Positions 22,106 to 35,972 of a stretch of DNA of 64,000 bases are shown in pieces. This DNA is from Takakia lepidozioides (Eukaryota; Plantae; Bryophyta): positions 80,104,001 to 80,168,000 of the forward strand of contig CM060731.1 of the NCBI GenBank assembly GCA_030704615.1. The letters are read 5' to 3'. The notes beneath the pieces were generated by a model. It did no database searches and had not been told where the DNA came from. It worked only from the letters and a program-made list of their open reading frames with translations. Position 1 is the first letter of the stretch, and each line of letters opens with the position of its first letter. The position numbers and the translations under genes were made by a program.

Positions 22106-23957
22106 CTATATCGACTCCCTCACCACCTTGGGAGCCATGAAAGTGCCAACCGGATTCTCGGGTGCTTTCCAAAAGCATGCCATAAACAAGAAATGGTCGG
22201 GGATGAAGTCACATGATCTACACGTGATGATGCAACAGATTTTGCCAGTGTGCATTCGGGGTACGATGGCGCCAGGTCCTCGAACAGCCATAATGCGTGT
22301 AAGTCGAGTGTTTAGGAAGATTTGTGCGAAGGTGTGGGATCCGAGGGACATTACATCGTTGCATGAGGATGTGGCTATGACCCTATGTTTGCTGGAGAAA
22401 GAATTCCCTCCATCATTCTTTGACGTCATGACGCACTTGCTAGTGCATCTTGTGTGGGCCCGTAGCCAGCCGGTGGATGTACCCCATGGAGAGGTACATG
22501 AAGGATCTGAAGGGGTATGTACGCAACATGGCACGGCCAGAGGGGAGTATGGCGGAGGGCTACATCCGCGACGAAGCCCTGGGCTTCATGACAGAGTATA
22601 TGTCTTCATTTGATGCAATGCAACGACGGGTGTCGGACGAGAACGAGGAAGAAGGAGTTGTAGGCGAGGTCCTAGAAGGTGGTGGAACAAAGCGTGCCAT
22701 GAGCCCGCGCCTTCGGGATGTGGCACATGATTATGTGCTGAACAACACAACAACCATGACACCATGGAGACAGTGGGTGCCAACTTACATCCCTCCTGTG
22801 CTATTCTTAATGGTCTTTGTATGCTGGAATTACATATATATTGTCACAAGTCATTCCGGCCACTATGGGAGTGGGATCGTGTACTAACAGGGTGCTTCAG
22901 ACGACTACAGAGGGTGTTTCGTAGATCTTGGTTGTTGCTTGCAAGTGATTATGAAGTAGGCTGCATCACTACAGTGTGCTTGAAAGGACACACACTCTGC
23001 ATGTGGCATGCATGTACAGTACGGTGTTGGTCAGGGGGACTGAGTTGCAGCTTCTATTTGGTTTCTGCCAGAAAGTACGCAGCGGAGAAGGTCCGCCTGA
23101 AAACGGAACGGAGTGCATTTGCAAAAGCATGGCGGAGGGGCGGTCGTAGGTGCAGATCCCCGGTGGAGTACCCCACAACAATGGAGGAGCTGCAGCCCTT
23201 TACAGTGTGGGTCAGATCTGCAATTGCAGTGTATGCATCAGAGAACGAGGACCCAGATGAGGGCATGGTGAGTCTGTCATTCCCCCCAGGGCTGATTGCC
23301 ACTTCGTACCGGTCAATGAAAGCATATGGCAATCACTATAGAGTGGACAATGCCAACACCAGCCTCCTGGTGACTTATGACAGCGGAGTGGCATCATTTC
23401 TTGAACAAGAGAGTAGGAGCTATGCACGAGATCGGAATCCAATTTCATGCCATGTGCAATATGTAGGAGTGATCAAAGAGATCCTTAAACTAGACTATGG
23501 TCTTGTGAAGCCAATTCTATTCCGTTGTTCTTGGGTAAAAGCCAATATGGTAGGAGAGAATGCCACCATGAAACGGGATGAGTACGGGTTCCTCCTTGCT
23601 GATTTCAGAAAAATGCTACCACAAGATGAAGAGCCATTCATCTTCCCATCGCAAGTTGAGCAAGTTTTCTTTTCAGATGACACCCATGCGCCGGGATGGA
23701 AGGTGGTTCTTCACAAGGACCCCCGGGCCAAACGAGTCGTGGCCGACGTCCATGATCTGGACCTAGGGGAGAATGCCGACCACGAGGGTCTGAGGGAACC
23801 ACGAAATCTACCAGATACGGCCGAACCAGTCTCTTTGGAAGGAGCAGTTACCTTTAATGAGGAAGACATTCCAGGGTTGGTAATTACCGCAAGGCAAATT
23901 GCAGATGTGGGTAGTGAAGGGGAAGATTATTTGGATACAGATAGTGAGCCCAGCTGA
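22106..23957 (+). mobile_element. CACTA/EnSpm TnpD-like transposase, 5'-truncated (DUF4218 and DUF4216 regions)
   Basis: KSHDLHVMMQQILP, FFDVMTHLLVHL, GPVASRWMYPMERYMKDLKGYVRN..RPEGSMAEGY and YVGVIKEILKLDY...LFRCSWV...EPFIFPSQVEQVFF. Probable intron ~22773-23070 and a frameshift at ~22450. Confidence 0.9.
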
Positions 23958-24779
23958 ATCTCAGTGTCCATTAAGCCAGCAGCTCATAGACGAGAGCTAT
24001 GCTAAGGACTCTTACTGTCCTTAGAACCCATTTTGTACAGTCCTGCAAGCGCGCAAGGGCGAGACAGTTAATAGTATCGATAATGTCCCGGTATGTGGTC
24101 CGTACTGTCTTGTGAACAAACCTTTTTTTTGTTCTGCCAATATTGTTTCTGACATGTGAGGAGAGGATCGTCTTCATGTACGGGAAGTAGACGTGAATGT
24201 GTGCATGCATTTTCTGGCCCATCTGCATGCTTTCCAGGAACAAAGACCAGTGGAATGGGGGGTGTCTCCAAAGGAGCAGGACCGAACGACACCTTTTTGT
24301 GCTTCCCTTGCTTTCCTTCTCACCGTTGTTGCATTCTCCCACCTGCCCAACAGCGGCACTCTCGAAGCAATAGCATGACATATGTTGCAACATGGTCTTC
24401 TTCATCAGTGAATGAGCTTTTTTGCTACATGTACTGCCACGTCCACATTAACGTTGATCCTTGCAAGCACTTGGCAAGACACCCCAGAGCCGCAAATCCA
24501 GCAACCACCACAAACACATCTAACTGATTGTAGTGACACGGGAATAGCTCACTTGTAGAGGAATTGAACCTCCAGCCAAATGAATGGCTCTGCCCCTTGT
24601 AGCACAAGTGCGATGCAAAAACAAGGTGAGTACAAAATGAAGAAGCACTTACGAGGTCCCCATCCCTCGGATGGGCTCCCACTTGTGCTCTGGAACTGTG
24701 CAGGCCTGACTAGCACCAAATTGCATGAATCCTAAGCCTGAATGTCAAATGCAGGTTTATGTCGCGATGCAGCACGCCA

Positions 24780-25460
24780 TCATCTTACCTGTAGTTTCCA
24801 GTTTCACTGGTGTCACAATTGCCTTCAAGTCAACATCAAAATTAAGTCCACCTATGCGCAAATCGCAGAATGTCTCATGACACCATCTGCCGCCGCTGGT
24901 TTGGCATGATATGATTGTAGTTCACAACCTTAATGAACGCTTTCAGCCTTGACCTCTTTGCGATCTTCTTCTGTGACTGCTTCTTCATAATTTATGAAAG
25001 GGAAAAGCAGCTACACATCAAATTCTTGCAAGTACAGGGGGGTACTCAGGCCTCCTTGGGAGAAAGAGTGCCATAAACACAAACACATCCTTAAATGTAA
25101 AAATTGGAGAAGCGAACGTCTGGTGGCAATAACTGCCTAAACCAGAATTATACTCCATTCCAGCGCACATGTAAAGGGTCGGATGATAACTCGGAATCCC
25201 AGTTGGAGATAATGAGACGAATACATTACTATCTTGCGAGTTTTAACTTTCTTGGAGGTAGTTTCCAGTTTATCTGGTGTCACAACTGCCTTCAAACTGG
25301 GTTTAGAGGAATTAAGTCCCACTCACAAATGCAGAATGTCTCCCTCATCTGCGTGGGGAAAATGGGGTTTGGCATGATATGATTGTAGTTCACAACCAAA
25401 GGGCATATTCTTCAGCCTTGACGTCTTTGCGATCTTCTTCTGTGACGCCTTCTGCATAAC
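24780..25460 (-). pseudogene. RPL27: Two tandem degenerate fragments of a 60S ribosomal protein L27 (eL27) gene
   Basis: First fragment: KKQSQKKIAKRSRLKAFIKVVNYNHIMP (~24903-24990) and FDVDLKAIVTP.KLETT. Second fragment: VVNYNHIMP...LKAVVTPDKLETTSKKVKTRK. Confidence 0.7.
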
Positions 25461-26879
25461 TTGTGAAATGGAAAAGCAGCTACACATCAAATTATTGCGA
25501 TGCCACTCAATGGCACTATGAACGTTTCGAGCATGCTGTCAGAAAGTTAGACGGGCAAAAACCCAATTCAGCAGCCTCACCTTGCGTGGATACTTGGGAA
25601 TTGATGCCAGAAGGGCATGCCCGTATGCGCGCTCCATCGTGCCTCCATCCAGCACATTCTGTAAATGTTGAATGACCAAGACCCCGATGTCACACCGTTC
25701 TGAGAAGCCACTACGCGCGCTCACAGTATACGAAGGCCTTGTTGTCAGGATTTGCATTCCCACGTCCCGCCATGTCCGACGCAGCACTTGCATCCTTGTC
25801 TCTGCCAGGTGGAGGCAACACATATTAAAATATCTATTCCCCCAAGGCCACATTTTGTTTACCTCTTTTTGTGAAAGCCACGTCAGCAAATGTGCTGCCG
25901 AGTCATGGGTGCAATGAATGCGCAGTGGTTCATGGAGTCGTTGAGTCGACTACATATTCACTTTAATGAATAAATATCTTTATTCCATTAATCGAATTAG
26001 GAAATAAAATTTATAGTCGCATGTGCAGTAATTACAACCACTTGTAATTTTGGCTTTTTTTCAAATTTTATGTATTTACGCAATTCGTAAAATAGCCCGG
26101 AATTCTGCTACGACTCCGAAGCCGTTGACCCCACTTCTGTCCGCCGTCTGAAATGCCCCCGTGGGCCCACATTGTCTGTTTCGACTCTCCAGTAGTCCCG
26201 TTTACTACCAAGTGGTTCCCGGAGTGGTCGCGGACATGCAGTCGAATCGGAAAAGACACGAATGCTTCTAGTGTATGTACCATCTACCCATGCAGGTTTC
26301 TTGTAGCTATCCTTCCACAGGGAATCATAAGTAATCTGGAGCTTGAAATTTGGCCCTCTTGGATGACACTCTATCCTTGCTCCTTCAGCTATCCATGCCT
26401 CTGCACAGATCATGCATACATCATTGCATTGATGTTAGCAACTGACAATGGCAGCCTAGATTTGTTCCAGCAAACACCCAACTCAACTTATGACACCAGT
26501 TCATATTCTCAATTGCATCTACCCCTATGTAATCCAAAGGCATTTACCTTCCAAGACGGTTGTCCCACCATTTACTGGGGTCAGAAAAGTATTCATTCCA
26601 CAGCTTCTCCTCTCTGTTACCTATTTCTGGATACTTTCCTATTGTCACTTTGGCAGTATCATGTCAAAGTCACTCCAAACTATCAAAGGTTCACTCAACC
26701 AGCTAACTTGCAGAATTCTTAAAACATGAAAATTTAGGGCGATTCTGATAAGAGGGGAAAACAGAGTGAAATGTGTTGAAGAATGTGCCTTGATTAGCAT
26801 AGCCTGATTTTATCAATTGTGCCGCTGCTGCTGCGGCTTCCAGTTGACCATCTACCCATGCAAGTTTCTTGGAGCTATT

Positions 26880-27600
26880 TTTCCACAGGGAATCACCCCT
26901 TCCCGCATCATTGCTCATAGGTCTCCAAAGCCTCCATCCGCGCCCTTGCTGTGCATATCCTGCACTCATCGCACTCCACGACACCACATCTCGTTCAGCC
27001 ATACTGTCGAACACTTCCTTTGCATCCTCGATGCACCCACATTTGGCATACATGCAGTCCACCAGGGCAGTGTTCAGAATGACATTGGGTACAATTCCAG
27101 ATTTGACGATGTCACTATGGTCCTCTTTGCCCTTTTCAAGAGCTCCCAGGCTTGCACATGCATTACAAACAAATGTGATGTGGTTGGGCTTCACCCCTTC
27201 GCGCAGCAGTTGCTCATAGGTCTCCAAAGCATTCCTACAACACCTATGTTAAATCCTGCCAACATTATATTCAACGTGATCAAAGTTCGTTGAGGCATTC
27301 CGTTGAACACTCGGTGTGCATTCACGATGCTCCTGCACTTAACATACATGTTCACAAGGGTGTTGAGGAGAAAAACACTTGGCGTGAATCCACTTTGGAT
27401 AATGTGAGTGTGCACCTGCTTTCCAGCTTCCAGACCCTTCAATTTGATGCACTTAAGCAAGAGACAGACATACATATCTGAATCTGCTGAAATGCTCCTT
27501 GGTTTAAAGGTTGTAGAGCCTCTTTCAGTCTGCCTGCCTCACAAAGCATCTTCACATGCCCAGAAGAGCCAGAAGAGGCATTATGGCCTCCCTCTCTTGA
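26880..27600 (-). pseudogene. PLS-class PPR gene 5' portion, frameshifted
   Basis: LCEAGRLKEAL; YVCLLLKCIKLKGLEAGKQVHTHIIQSGF..VFLLNTLVNMYVKC; followed by further PLS motifs. Confidence 0.85.
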
Positions 27601-27640
27601 TCCTCTTTTAGAAGCTGTGGTCATGGTTGAGGTGCCTGAT

Positions 27641-29243
27641 TTAAATCAGGGCTGCCAGGCCTGCAATGCACACAAACATGATGTGGCCGGGCTGAACCCC
27701 TTCCCCCATCATTTGCTCATAGGTCTCCAAAGCCTCCATCCCACGTCCCTGCTGTGCATACCCTGCAAGCATCGCACTCCACGACACCACATCTTGTTCA
27801 GCCATAGTGTTGAACACTCCCTTTGCATCCTCGATGCACCCACATTTTGCATACATGTCCACTAGGGTATTGTTCAAAATGACATTTGGTACAATTCCAG
27901 CTCTGAAGGTGTCACCATGGACCTCCTTCCCCTTTTCCAGAGCTGCCAGGGCAGTGTTTCGAATGACATTAGGTACAATTTCAGCTTTGATGATATCCCC
28001 ATGCACCTCTTTGCCCTTCTCCAGGGCTGCCAGGCCTGCAATGCATACAAACATGATGTGGTCAGGCTGAACCCCTTCCCCCATCATTTGCTCATAGGTC
28101 TCCAAAGCCTCCATCCCACGTCCCTGTTGTGTATACCCTGCAAGCATCGCACTCCACGACACCACATCTCGTTCAGCCATGGTGTTAAACACTCCCTTTG
28201 CATCCTCGATGCACCCACATTTTGCATACATGTCCACTAGGGTATTGTTCAAAATGACATTTGGTACAATTCCAGCTCTGAAGATGTCACCATGGACCTC
28301 CTTCCCCTTTTCCAGAGCTGCCAGGGCAGTGTTTCGAATGACATTAGGTACAATTCCAGCTTTGATGATATCCCCATGCACCTCTTTGCCCTTCTCCAGG
28401 GCTGCCAGGCCTGCAATGCATACAAACATGATGTGGCCAGGCTGAACCCCTTCCCCCATCATTTGCTCATAGGTCTCCAAAGCCTCCATCCCACGTCCCT
28501 GTTGTGTATACCCTTCAAGCATCGCACTCCACGACACCACATCTCGTTCAGCCATGGTGTTAAACACTCCCTTTGCATCCTCGATGCACCCACATTTTGC
28601 ATACATGTCCACTAGGGTATTGTTCAAAATGACATTTGGTACAATTCTAGCTCTGAAGATGTCACCACGGACCTCCTTCCCCTTTTCTAGAGCTGTCAAG
28701 GCAGTGTTTAGAATGACATTTGGTACAATTCCAGCTCTGAAGGTGTCACCATGGACCTCCTTCCCCTTTTCCAGAGCTGCCAGGGCAGTGTTTCGAATGA
28801 CATTAGGTACAATTTCAGCTTTGATGATATCCCTTCTCCAGGGCTGCCAGGCCTGCAATGCATACAAACATGATGTGGCCGGGCTGAACCACTTCCCCCA
28901 TCATTTCCTCATAGGTCTCCAAAGCCTCCATCCCACGTCCCTGTTGTGTATACCCTGCAAGCATCGCACTCCACGACACCACATCTCGTTCAGCCATAGT
29001 GTTGAACACTCCCTTTGCATCCTCGATGCACCCACATTTTGCATACATGTCCACTAGGGTATTGTTCAAAATGACATTTGGTACAATTCCAGCTCTAAAG
29101 GTGTCACCATGGACCTCCTTCCCCTTTTCCAGAGCTGCCAGGGCAGTGTTTCGAATGACATTAGGTACAATATCCCCATGCACCTCTTTGCCCTTCTCAA
29201 GGGCTGCCAGGCTTGCACAAGCATTGCAATGCACACAAACATG
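27641..29243 (-). pseudogene. Tandem array of near-identical PLS-PPR modules (~375-bp unit); 408-aa ORF at 27641-28867
   Basis: Unit marker gggctgccaggcctgcaatgc occurs at ~27649, 28024, 28399 and 28841. Confidence 0.88.
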
Positions 29244-30801
29244 ATGTGAGAGGGCAAAACAGGCTGAAATAGGTCAAAGAAGAAGGTGCCCTCACCACAT
29301 TGTCCTTGAGCTTGTGTCATGACTTGACCGACCATCAACCCAAAAGGACCTCTTGTGTGTGCTGCTTGTGTCTATAGTCAGGTAATGTCGGATTGGTCTG
29401 TGAGATCGAACTACCACGGTGCAGCTGAGTAGGCAGAGAGTGAAACACGGCCTGCTAAGACCAAGCTAACTCTCCCAAGAACGGCGAGCTCGCAAGAATG
29501 TTGCGAGCTTCTCCTCGTCTCATCTCCTCCTTCTCTCCTCCTTCCTGCATCATTTGCTCAACACCTCCATCCCACGCCCCTGCATATCCTGCGATCATCG
29601 CGTTCCATCCCTCGGCTACATGGTGTGGCGCATGAGACAAAAAAAAACGCCAAGTCCCAGCCCTCCTCTGTGTTCACGATTACCCTAATGGGCAACCTTA
29701 TTAGCAACTTTTTGACTTTTTAACCTTTTGCACTTTGATTCATTCTAGGTCGGAGGCTAAAATCCTGCTACCAGACTTGTCTAGAAAACCAAAACACCAC
29801 GTAGACAAACATTTGATAATGGTAATAAAATATATTATCATTGGGCTGGTTTGAACACTTGTTAGTAAATTTAGGTTAGGATTTTTTCGAAATATTCTGG
29901 TTTTTCTTTGATGTGTGAGATGACAAAGTCCAAGCATGTCACAGAAACAAGGAGTTCAACGTAAGGATGATGCAAGTGATTTGTGGCAAAAAGTGTAAAT
30001 CATGCCTATGCCTATTTATCCTAGTTGTGTCATAGGTTGCAACGGAACGGGGCCACCTTTGAATGCGATCCTCATGCTCATTTCACCAAGGGCATTATAG
30101 ACTTCATAATGTAGAGATTGAAAATGGGGTGTAGCAGGGCGTGATTCTTCACTTGCTAGTAGCCCATCGTGCAGATTTCTAAACATGAACATGAAGTTCA
30201 TAATCATTTGGGCATCATTCTCAAACTCCCCATACACCACAATGTGGAAATTCTATGGTCTCATTTCACACATGTGTGTAACATGCCATGTAAACTAAGC
30301 CAACTCCTGCCATACTCATGGCTGTTTTCACACCGTTCTTGCCTCGGGTATGGATCACATGTGAGACACCCCACAGTTAGGGCATATTTTGACCCACACC
30401 TTGGCTCACTCTACAGACTTGTGATAAAAACCGTGGAATGTGCCAGGTGTGAGATGGCAGAGCCGTGGAAAAAGCCGGTTTCTCTTCTAGTGGATAAGAG
30501 TAATGGTTTAGGGTACTAAGTGTCCGGCTTAAGCCTATGGAAGGGTTAAGGGAAGGGTAAAACGAAGGGTAAGGATTTGGAGGTGATGGTAAAGGTATAA
30601 ATGGACAGCTATGCAACGCCGCTCTTCAACATAGGCTATCCGCCTCTCTATCCATTGCAAACCTGCAACCTGTTCGCCTTTGCACTCTATCCGCTTTGGA
30701 TAGGCTCATGCACGGATCCCTGCACTCTAGGCTGAACCGCTTCTCATGATCTGAAAACACAAGTGCTACAAGTAACTTGAACATGGCACTCACAGACTCG
30801 A

Positions 30802-30817
30802 GCTCATCTTTCTCGAG
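30802..30817 (-). other. Primer-binding site complementary to the element's own LTR sequence
   Basis: CTCGAGAAAGATGAGC follows the TTATCA end of repeat A directly and is the reverse complement of the sequence at 30967-30982. Confidence 0.75.
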
Positions 30818-31128
30818 TGATAAAGAAGAATGATACAAGCACACAAGTTCTCTCACACTCACACACTCGCACATGAAAACATCACTCATATTAAGTCGAG
30901 CCAAATGCACCCCACGCCATGGGGAATCCACACTATGGCGCCATAGCTAGACGCGGTGAGGCTCAACTCGAGAAAGATGAGCCCACCGCGATCTGCCGTG
31001 AAGATAACAACGCCAGGTGCCCAAACATATATTGGCCCTTGGATTGATATTTGGGTCAATCCCAAATGTCAATATCAAAACTAACTATTTCCTAGCTAGT
31101 TTCACACTAGTGATAAAATAACTTGACA
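30818..31128 (-). repeat. Complete 5' repeat A (A1) of the Gypsy-MTase family; probably the displaced 5' end of copy 2
   Basis: TGTCAAG...TTATCA, about 95% identical by eye to 45116-45429; no B repeat upstream; 5' flank is CATC. Confidence 0.88.
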
Positions 31129-32089
31129 GATGAAACTCTATTTTAACTAATTCTGGACTTTTGTTTGGTCTAGAAATAATACAAGATATACGAACAATTA
31201 TAATCTATAATAGAAATAAAGAGATATATCTGTAATTATTTGACTATTTGTGCACTATATAACAACAAATTATGTAATCATCCACACATTCTACGCAAAA
31301 AATACAAGTATGTATTGTGGTCTTAGATGAACATCCACTGCCAAGTTGACGTTCATTAAAAGGAATGGGGGGATGCAATGAATCAAACAATGATGAGAGC
31401 TCTGATATCCAAAATGACATACACAAACAAACATGGAATAATGGCAGAACCAAATATTAAACAATGATGGCATGTGATGAACAGGACAACATGGAAAAAT
31501 GAGTCTGTCGGGATCTGATTGATGATATGAAACATTCATATTTTATTTGAGATTATATCATTCAAGGCGATGGACCAACAGAAAAATGAACGTCAACTGT
31601 CCATTTGTTCATGGACTTAATGCCATACAAACCATAGATTCTGAAGCCATAGAACCGTTACGGCTTATTCTAACTCATTAATAATACTAAGCCTCCTACC
31701 AAACGGCTCGCAGTCAAGGCATGTGTCCGAAGACGCCTCCGGTTACCACAGCCACTTGCAACGGTCTCCGCTCCAGAGGACACGGAGATACTTTCAGGAA
31801 GGTGAAACCGGCTGACATTGTCATCTGAAATGTTGTTGCCAACTCTACTTGATGCCCTTGAAGCCTCCCGGCACACCCGCCATTCTTCCCAATCACGCAA
31901 CTCTTGTTCCTCTTTTAGAATTCGTTCTTTGAATGTAACTGGGGACAAGCGATGGAAATGACAAATGTTAGGCCCAAAGTGGAAGTTTTGCATATGGATA
32001 TGTTGAGGTAAGAGTGCAAATGCAGCTGCAAAAGAATTGGAAAATCAAATTATGAACAAACAACAGAACAGTGGGATCCACGTGCCTAC

Positions 32090-32800
32090 CAAGGTAATCA
32101 GGTTCCTTTTGTTGTGGGATCCAAATATGATGATCAAGATATCTTCCATACCAGGCCCAACAGGCATGGTCTCGACCAATAGGCTTATGAGAACACTTTG
32201 CCCGGTTCTCGCTAATGTAATCAACGACTGTTGAAGCTCCAGCCATCTTTGATATATATGGCCACACTGCTTTTGTCATATCATCCCTGTCATGCAATCC
32301 GTTTGGTGAAGGCTTGAATGAGAAAGGGAAAAATCCAGTATTTTGTGGGTTTCGCAGGCCTTTTGATGGCTCATCATCTACAAGAAGTATTTGCCCCTGC
32401 GTAGCAAACGGTCTACCAGGGTACCTGACAATAACACTTCGAATATCCTTCACGAGATATTTCATCCCGGGCCTAATATAACCGGTGGTATCCTTTCAAT
32501 CCTCAGCAGACCATATGAATCAAAACTTCTTAACTATTTTCGTGGGAACGAAGCTCTCCAACATCCTACAAAGAACACCTCTATCAGCACATGACCAAAT
32601 GGCCACGTGAAAATGCTTCAATGCAAGGTCCAGATTCTCCAAGACTCCAGGCCGAGGCACCACAAACGGTCTGTCAGGAATTTGAAGTGTCACATTCCTG
32701 AAACAAAATTTCTCCTTAAACAGTTCACCGCCGGTTGGGGGTGGCCAGTAGCAGAAGAGTCTGTTGACACTCAAAATTAACAACATCTGTTTCCTCTTCC
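32090..32800 (-). pseudogene. FCP1/NIF-like HAD-fold domain (degenerate)
   Basis: LLILSVNRLFC...VVPRPGV...KHFHVAIWS...YLVKDI...ILLVDDEPSKGLRNP. Confidence 0.7.
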
Positions 32801-34419
32801 CCGCTGTTGCATGTAAAGGATGAGAGACAAAGTTATCCTAAGCAGGTTAATCACACATTGACATTAGTGTTTCTGCCATGAAGAATATACACGACCCAGA
32901 ATGATTGAGTGTATGGAAGATCAACACGATTGTGCAGAAAATGGCAAAATATTGCACAATGTTGTGGGCTTGGAATGTTTGAAGAGGAGGGTTAATATTG
33001 CTAAGAAGATGAACGTCGACTGCCAAGTGGAGGTTCACGAAAGTACCTTGTACGGAGGGAAATTGATGAGGGTATCGTGCTGCATCCCCGCCTGTTGAGA
33101 AAAGATGGAGGCAATTAGTGCATAACCAAACGAACAGAAAAGAGAAGAAAGTGGAGAAATGATATCGAATAATACCGATGTCGCCTTATTGGAAAGTCTC
33201 GCTAGCGAGCTTGATATCCGAACGGACGTGTTTTGACGAGACCCCGGTATGTCCCAGGTATTCCTCTTCTTCTTTGTGTCTGTTTTGTCTCTGACGAAGG
33301 ACTTTTCTCTGGTGGAACCGATTTGTAGAAGAGATGGAAATGGTTTGGGGGCCCTATTCCGCTTCCTCGGTGCAGAACATTGCGCCAACACTGCAGGGTC
33401 GGGAAGCCAAGAAGTTGCAATTGAAGTCTCGTCCTTGCCCTCGTCGAAAGGGTTGCGGAGAAGGGGAACGGAATGGAAATTGTCCCTTGAGCACTCCACA
33501 TCCTGAATGGAATTCACACGTAACGAAAGGGATTACCTCGGAACAGATTTCCAATGAAGACGTCGTTTGACAGGAAGGTCACAATCTGCAGATTTTCTGG
33601 CCTGGATTAAAACAAGAACATCAGACCCAGTACTAAGGAAAACAAAAGGACGAGTTAGAATTCAGATATAAGTAAATTTACCTAATTCCTTCTGATTTGG
33701 GCTGTCCAACCTTCATGCTGGGGAGAAAAAGAGGGAAGAGAGGCAACAGTGTGCTGCGGAGCTGCAGCCTCAGCCGCTTCCTCAACGGATGACATTCTCG
33801 AGCTAGATTTCAGACCCTTGACACTTAACATGGAGGGTGAGGATTGTAGAGTGAGGTCCATGAAATCCCCTGCACATTTGTCAAGTTGGCTTCCATCTTC
33901 GACATTCAATCCTAAACGATCATGTGACAGAACATCCTTTTCAGGAATGGACTGAAGAGAGGGTCGTGCAATTGAAGGGAAGCAAAGTGCCTGGATGATG
34001 CTTCACCGTCGATGACAGAAATTTCAACAGTAGTATGATTGTTGTCCCTCAGTGGACGAATTTATGATATGGAGGATTCCAATGGAGGTCCCGACAAGAA
34101 GTTGGCATCAACAGCATCGCCATGAACCTGCAGAAATTAACTTACAAGGTCAATGTACAGAAACGGGAGGTTGTCGGATTTGAAGAAGCCCCCGAGACGA
34201 GTTTTGGAGAAGGCTTGTATCTCAGAGGATCGGGATGGTATAGGGTGGAGAAACGCATGGATGAGACTAGGAAATAGCAAACAATTCCATGTCAATTCAG
34301 ATTGAAAAGGAAATCATAGTACACAATAGTTTTTATAGAAAAACAATACAACCTTTAAAAAAACCAATCAAAAATAAACATTGAATCACAGACGTGGTTG
34401 ATCAATAAAATCTTTAATT

Positions 34420-35120
34420 TGAAGCATCATATCGGAGATTCCCGTAATTAGAATCATCAACATAATCCAGGAGAGGCTTAAACTTGGGATCGGTGGAAAC
34501 ATTCTGACAAGGCTTAAGTCCTATCCTCTTTTCCCTGAGATAACTGGAAACGGTGCGAGATTTCTTCATTTCAAGCAAATATTTCTGAAGAACCTTCTGG
34601 AGATAGCAAGAATCCATCTCAAAGGATTCAAACTATTTTAGAATCAGACAGGATTCAGGCGGGTTCAACACACACTTAATAGCAGAATCGTCAATGAGTA
34701 GAGTGTTACTCCTATTGTACTGACCACCAAATCTTTGCCAGACCGTCATCAATGGCTTCAAGAACAGACTCGGCGGGTCGTATCCAGATATAAATTGAGG
34801 GTGGACAGAAGTAGGACAAGAGATACAATCTTCCTGAGACATAACAAATTCCGGCTGAGGAAGACCCTTAAGCATAAAGTCCAGGATAGGCTGCAAGTTC
34901 TTGTACATCATGTAGCTCCATATACCTAGACGGAAATGTTTGTTCAACTCTGTCTACATCTCACGATATTTTTCCCGCCTATAGACAAGTCGAAATCCAA
35001 CAAGAGCTGGTATCCTGTAGTCTGTCTCAGACATTCGGGGGACACTGTAGCTCTTCTGGTGCTTCAAGACTTTGCACAAAACTCCATTCAGGTCAAATAT
35101 TATCAAGCGCAATCTTTTCC
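34420..35120 (-). pseudogene. FCP1/NIF-like HAD-fold domain (DLNG type, frameshifted)
   Basis: LIIFDLNGVLC...KHFRLGIWS...FVMSQEDC...LFLKPL...YNRSNTLLIDDSAIKCVLNP. Confidence 0.8.
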
Positions 35121-35972
35121 CAACTGGAGAAACTGGTGCTGCAATCTATGAGAAATTCATACATCCACTCAGGTGGTAATCAAGATAAACCAAGGACAGG
35201 ATTGACATTTGGAGCAACGTCCACTGGACAGTCAAGGTTCAGGAAAATCTAGAGCAGCCATCTACATTTCAATCTGTTTCAAGGAAGCGTCAGGATATTT
35301 TTGTTTTCTAAGATAAACTTGTCACTGCAAATCCCATAGCAATAGTGTCGCACACCTCACTTTGGTAAGCTCCCCATTCAAGTCATAGTTACTCGCTTTG
35401 ATGCGCGCGCCTAACTCCCAACCTGGCCGCCGGGCCAACTCGGAGCTTCGGCTGCTCACCGGGACATAACGGTCCCCTTTCTTCCCCCAATAGACCCTCC
35501 ACCAATTTGGGCCTAGTGGAAATTCCCTTTGGTAGATGGCAGTCCGGAATAGCTCCCCACTCTTTGGTCGCTTTCCGGCTCGCTCGCTTACTCACTAGTT
35601 TTTGATCACCAACGGGCTTGTACCGTTCTCGGGGTTACTACTCCCTATATATACTTCTGTGACTGTCCGCAGGGGTTTCACAAAAAACCATGCCATTTTA
35701 TGGCGAACCACCATGAAGACCCTCGATTCCCGGTAATGAGTCGCGGTGAGTCTTGGCCCACCCACCACGGCCCCATTGGACCGTGGTGAGTCCCAAGACT
35801 CCCCACGACTCCCACCACCAGGTCTCCGCCCCATGGTGAGTCCTATGCCACCCCCCACTAAGTCCCACTAAGCTACCACCACCCTTGTGGAGCCACCCCC
35901 ACCGCCGGTGTGCGGGGCTCCACCTAGTGAGCGCCACCGCCTCCTTGAGTGCCTTGGGCACTCAAGGGTGCT

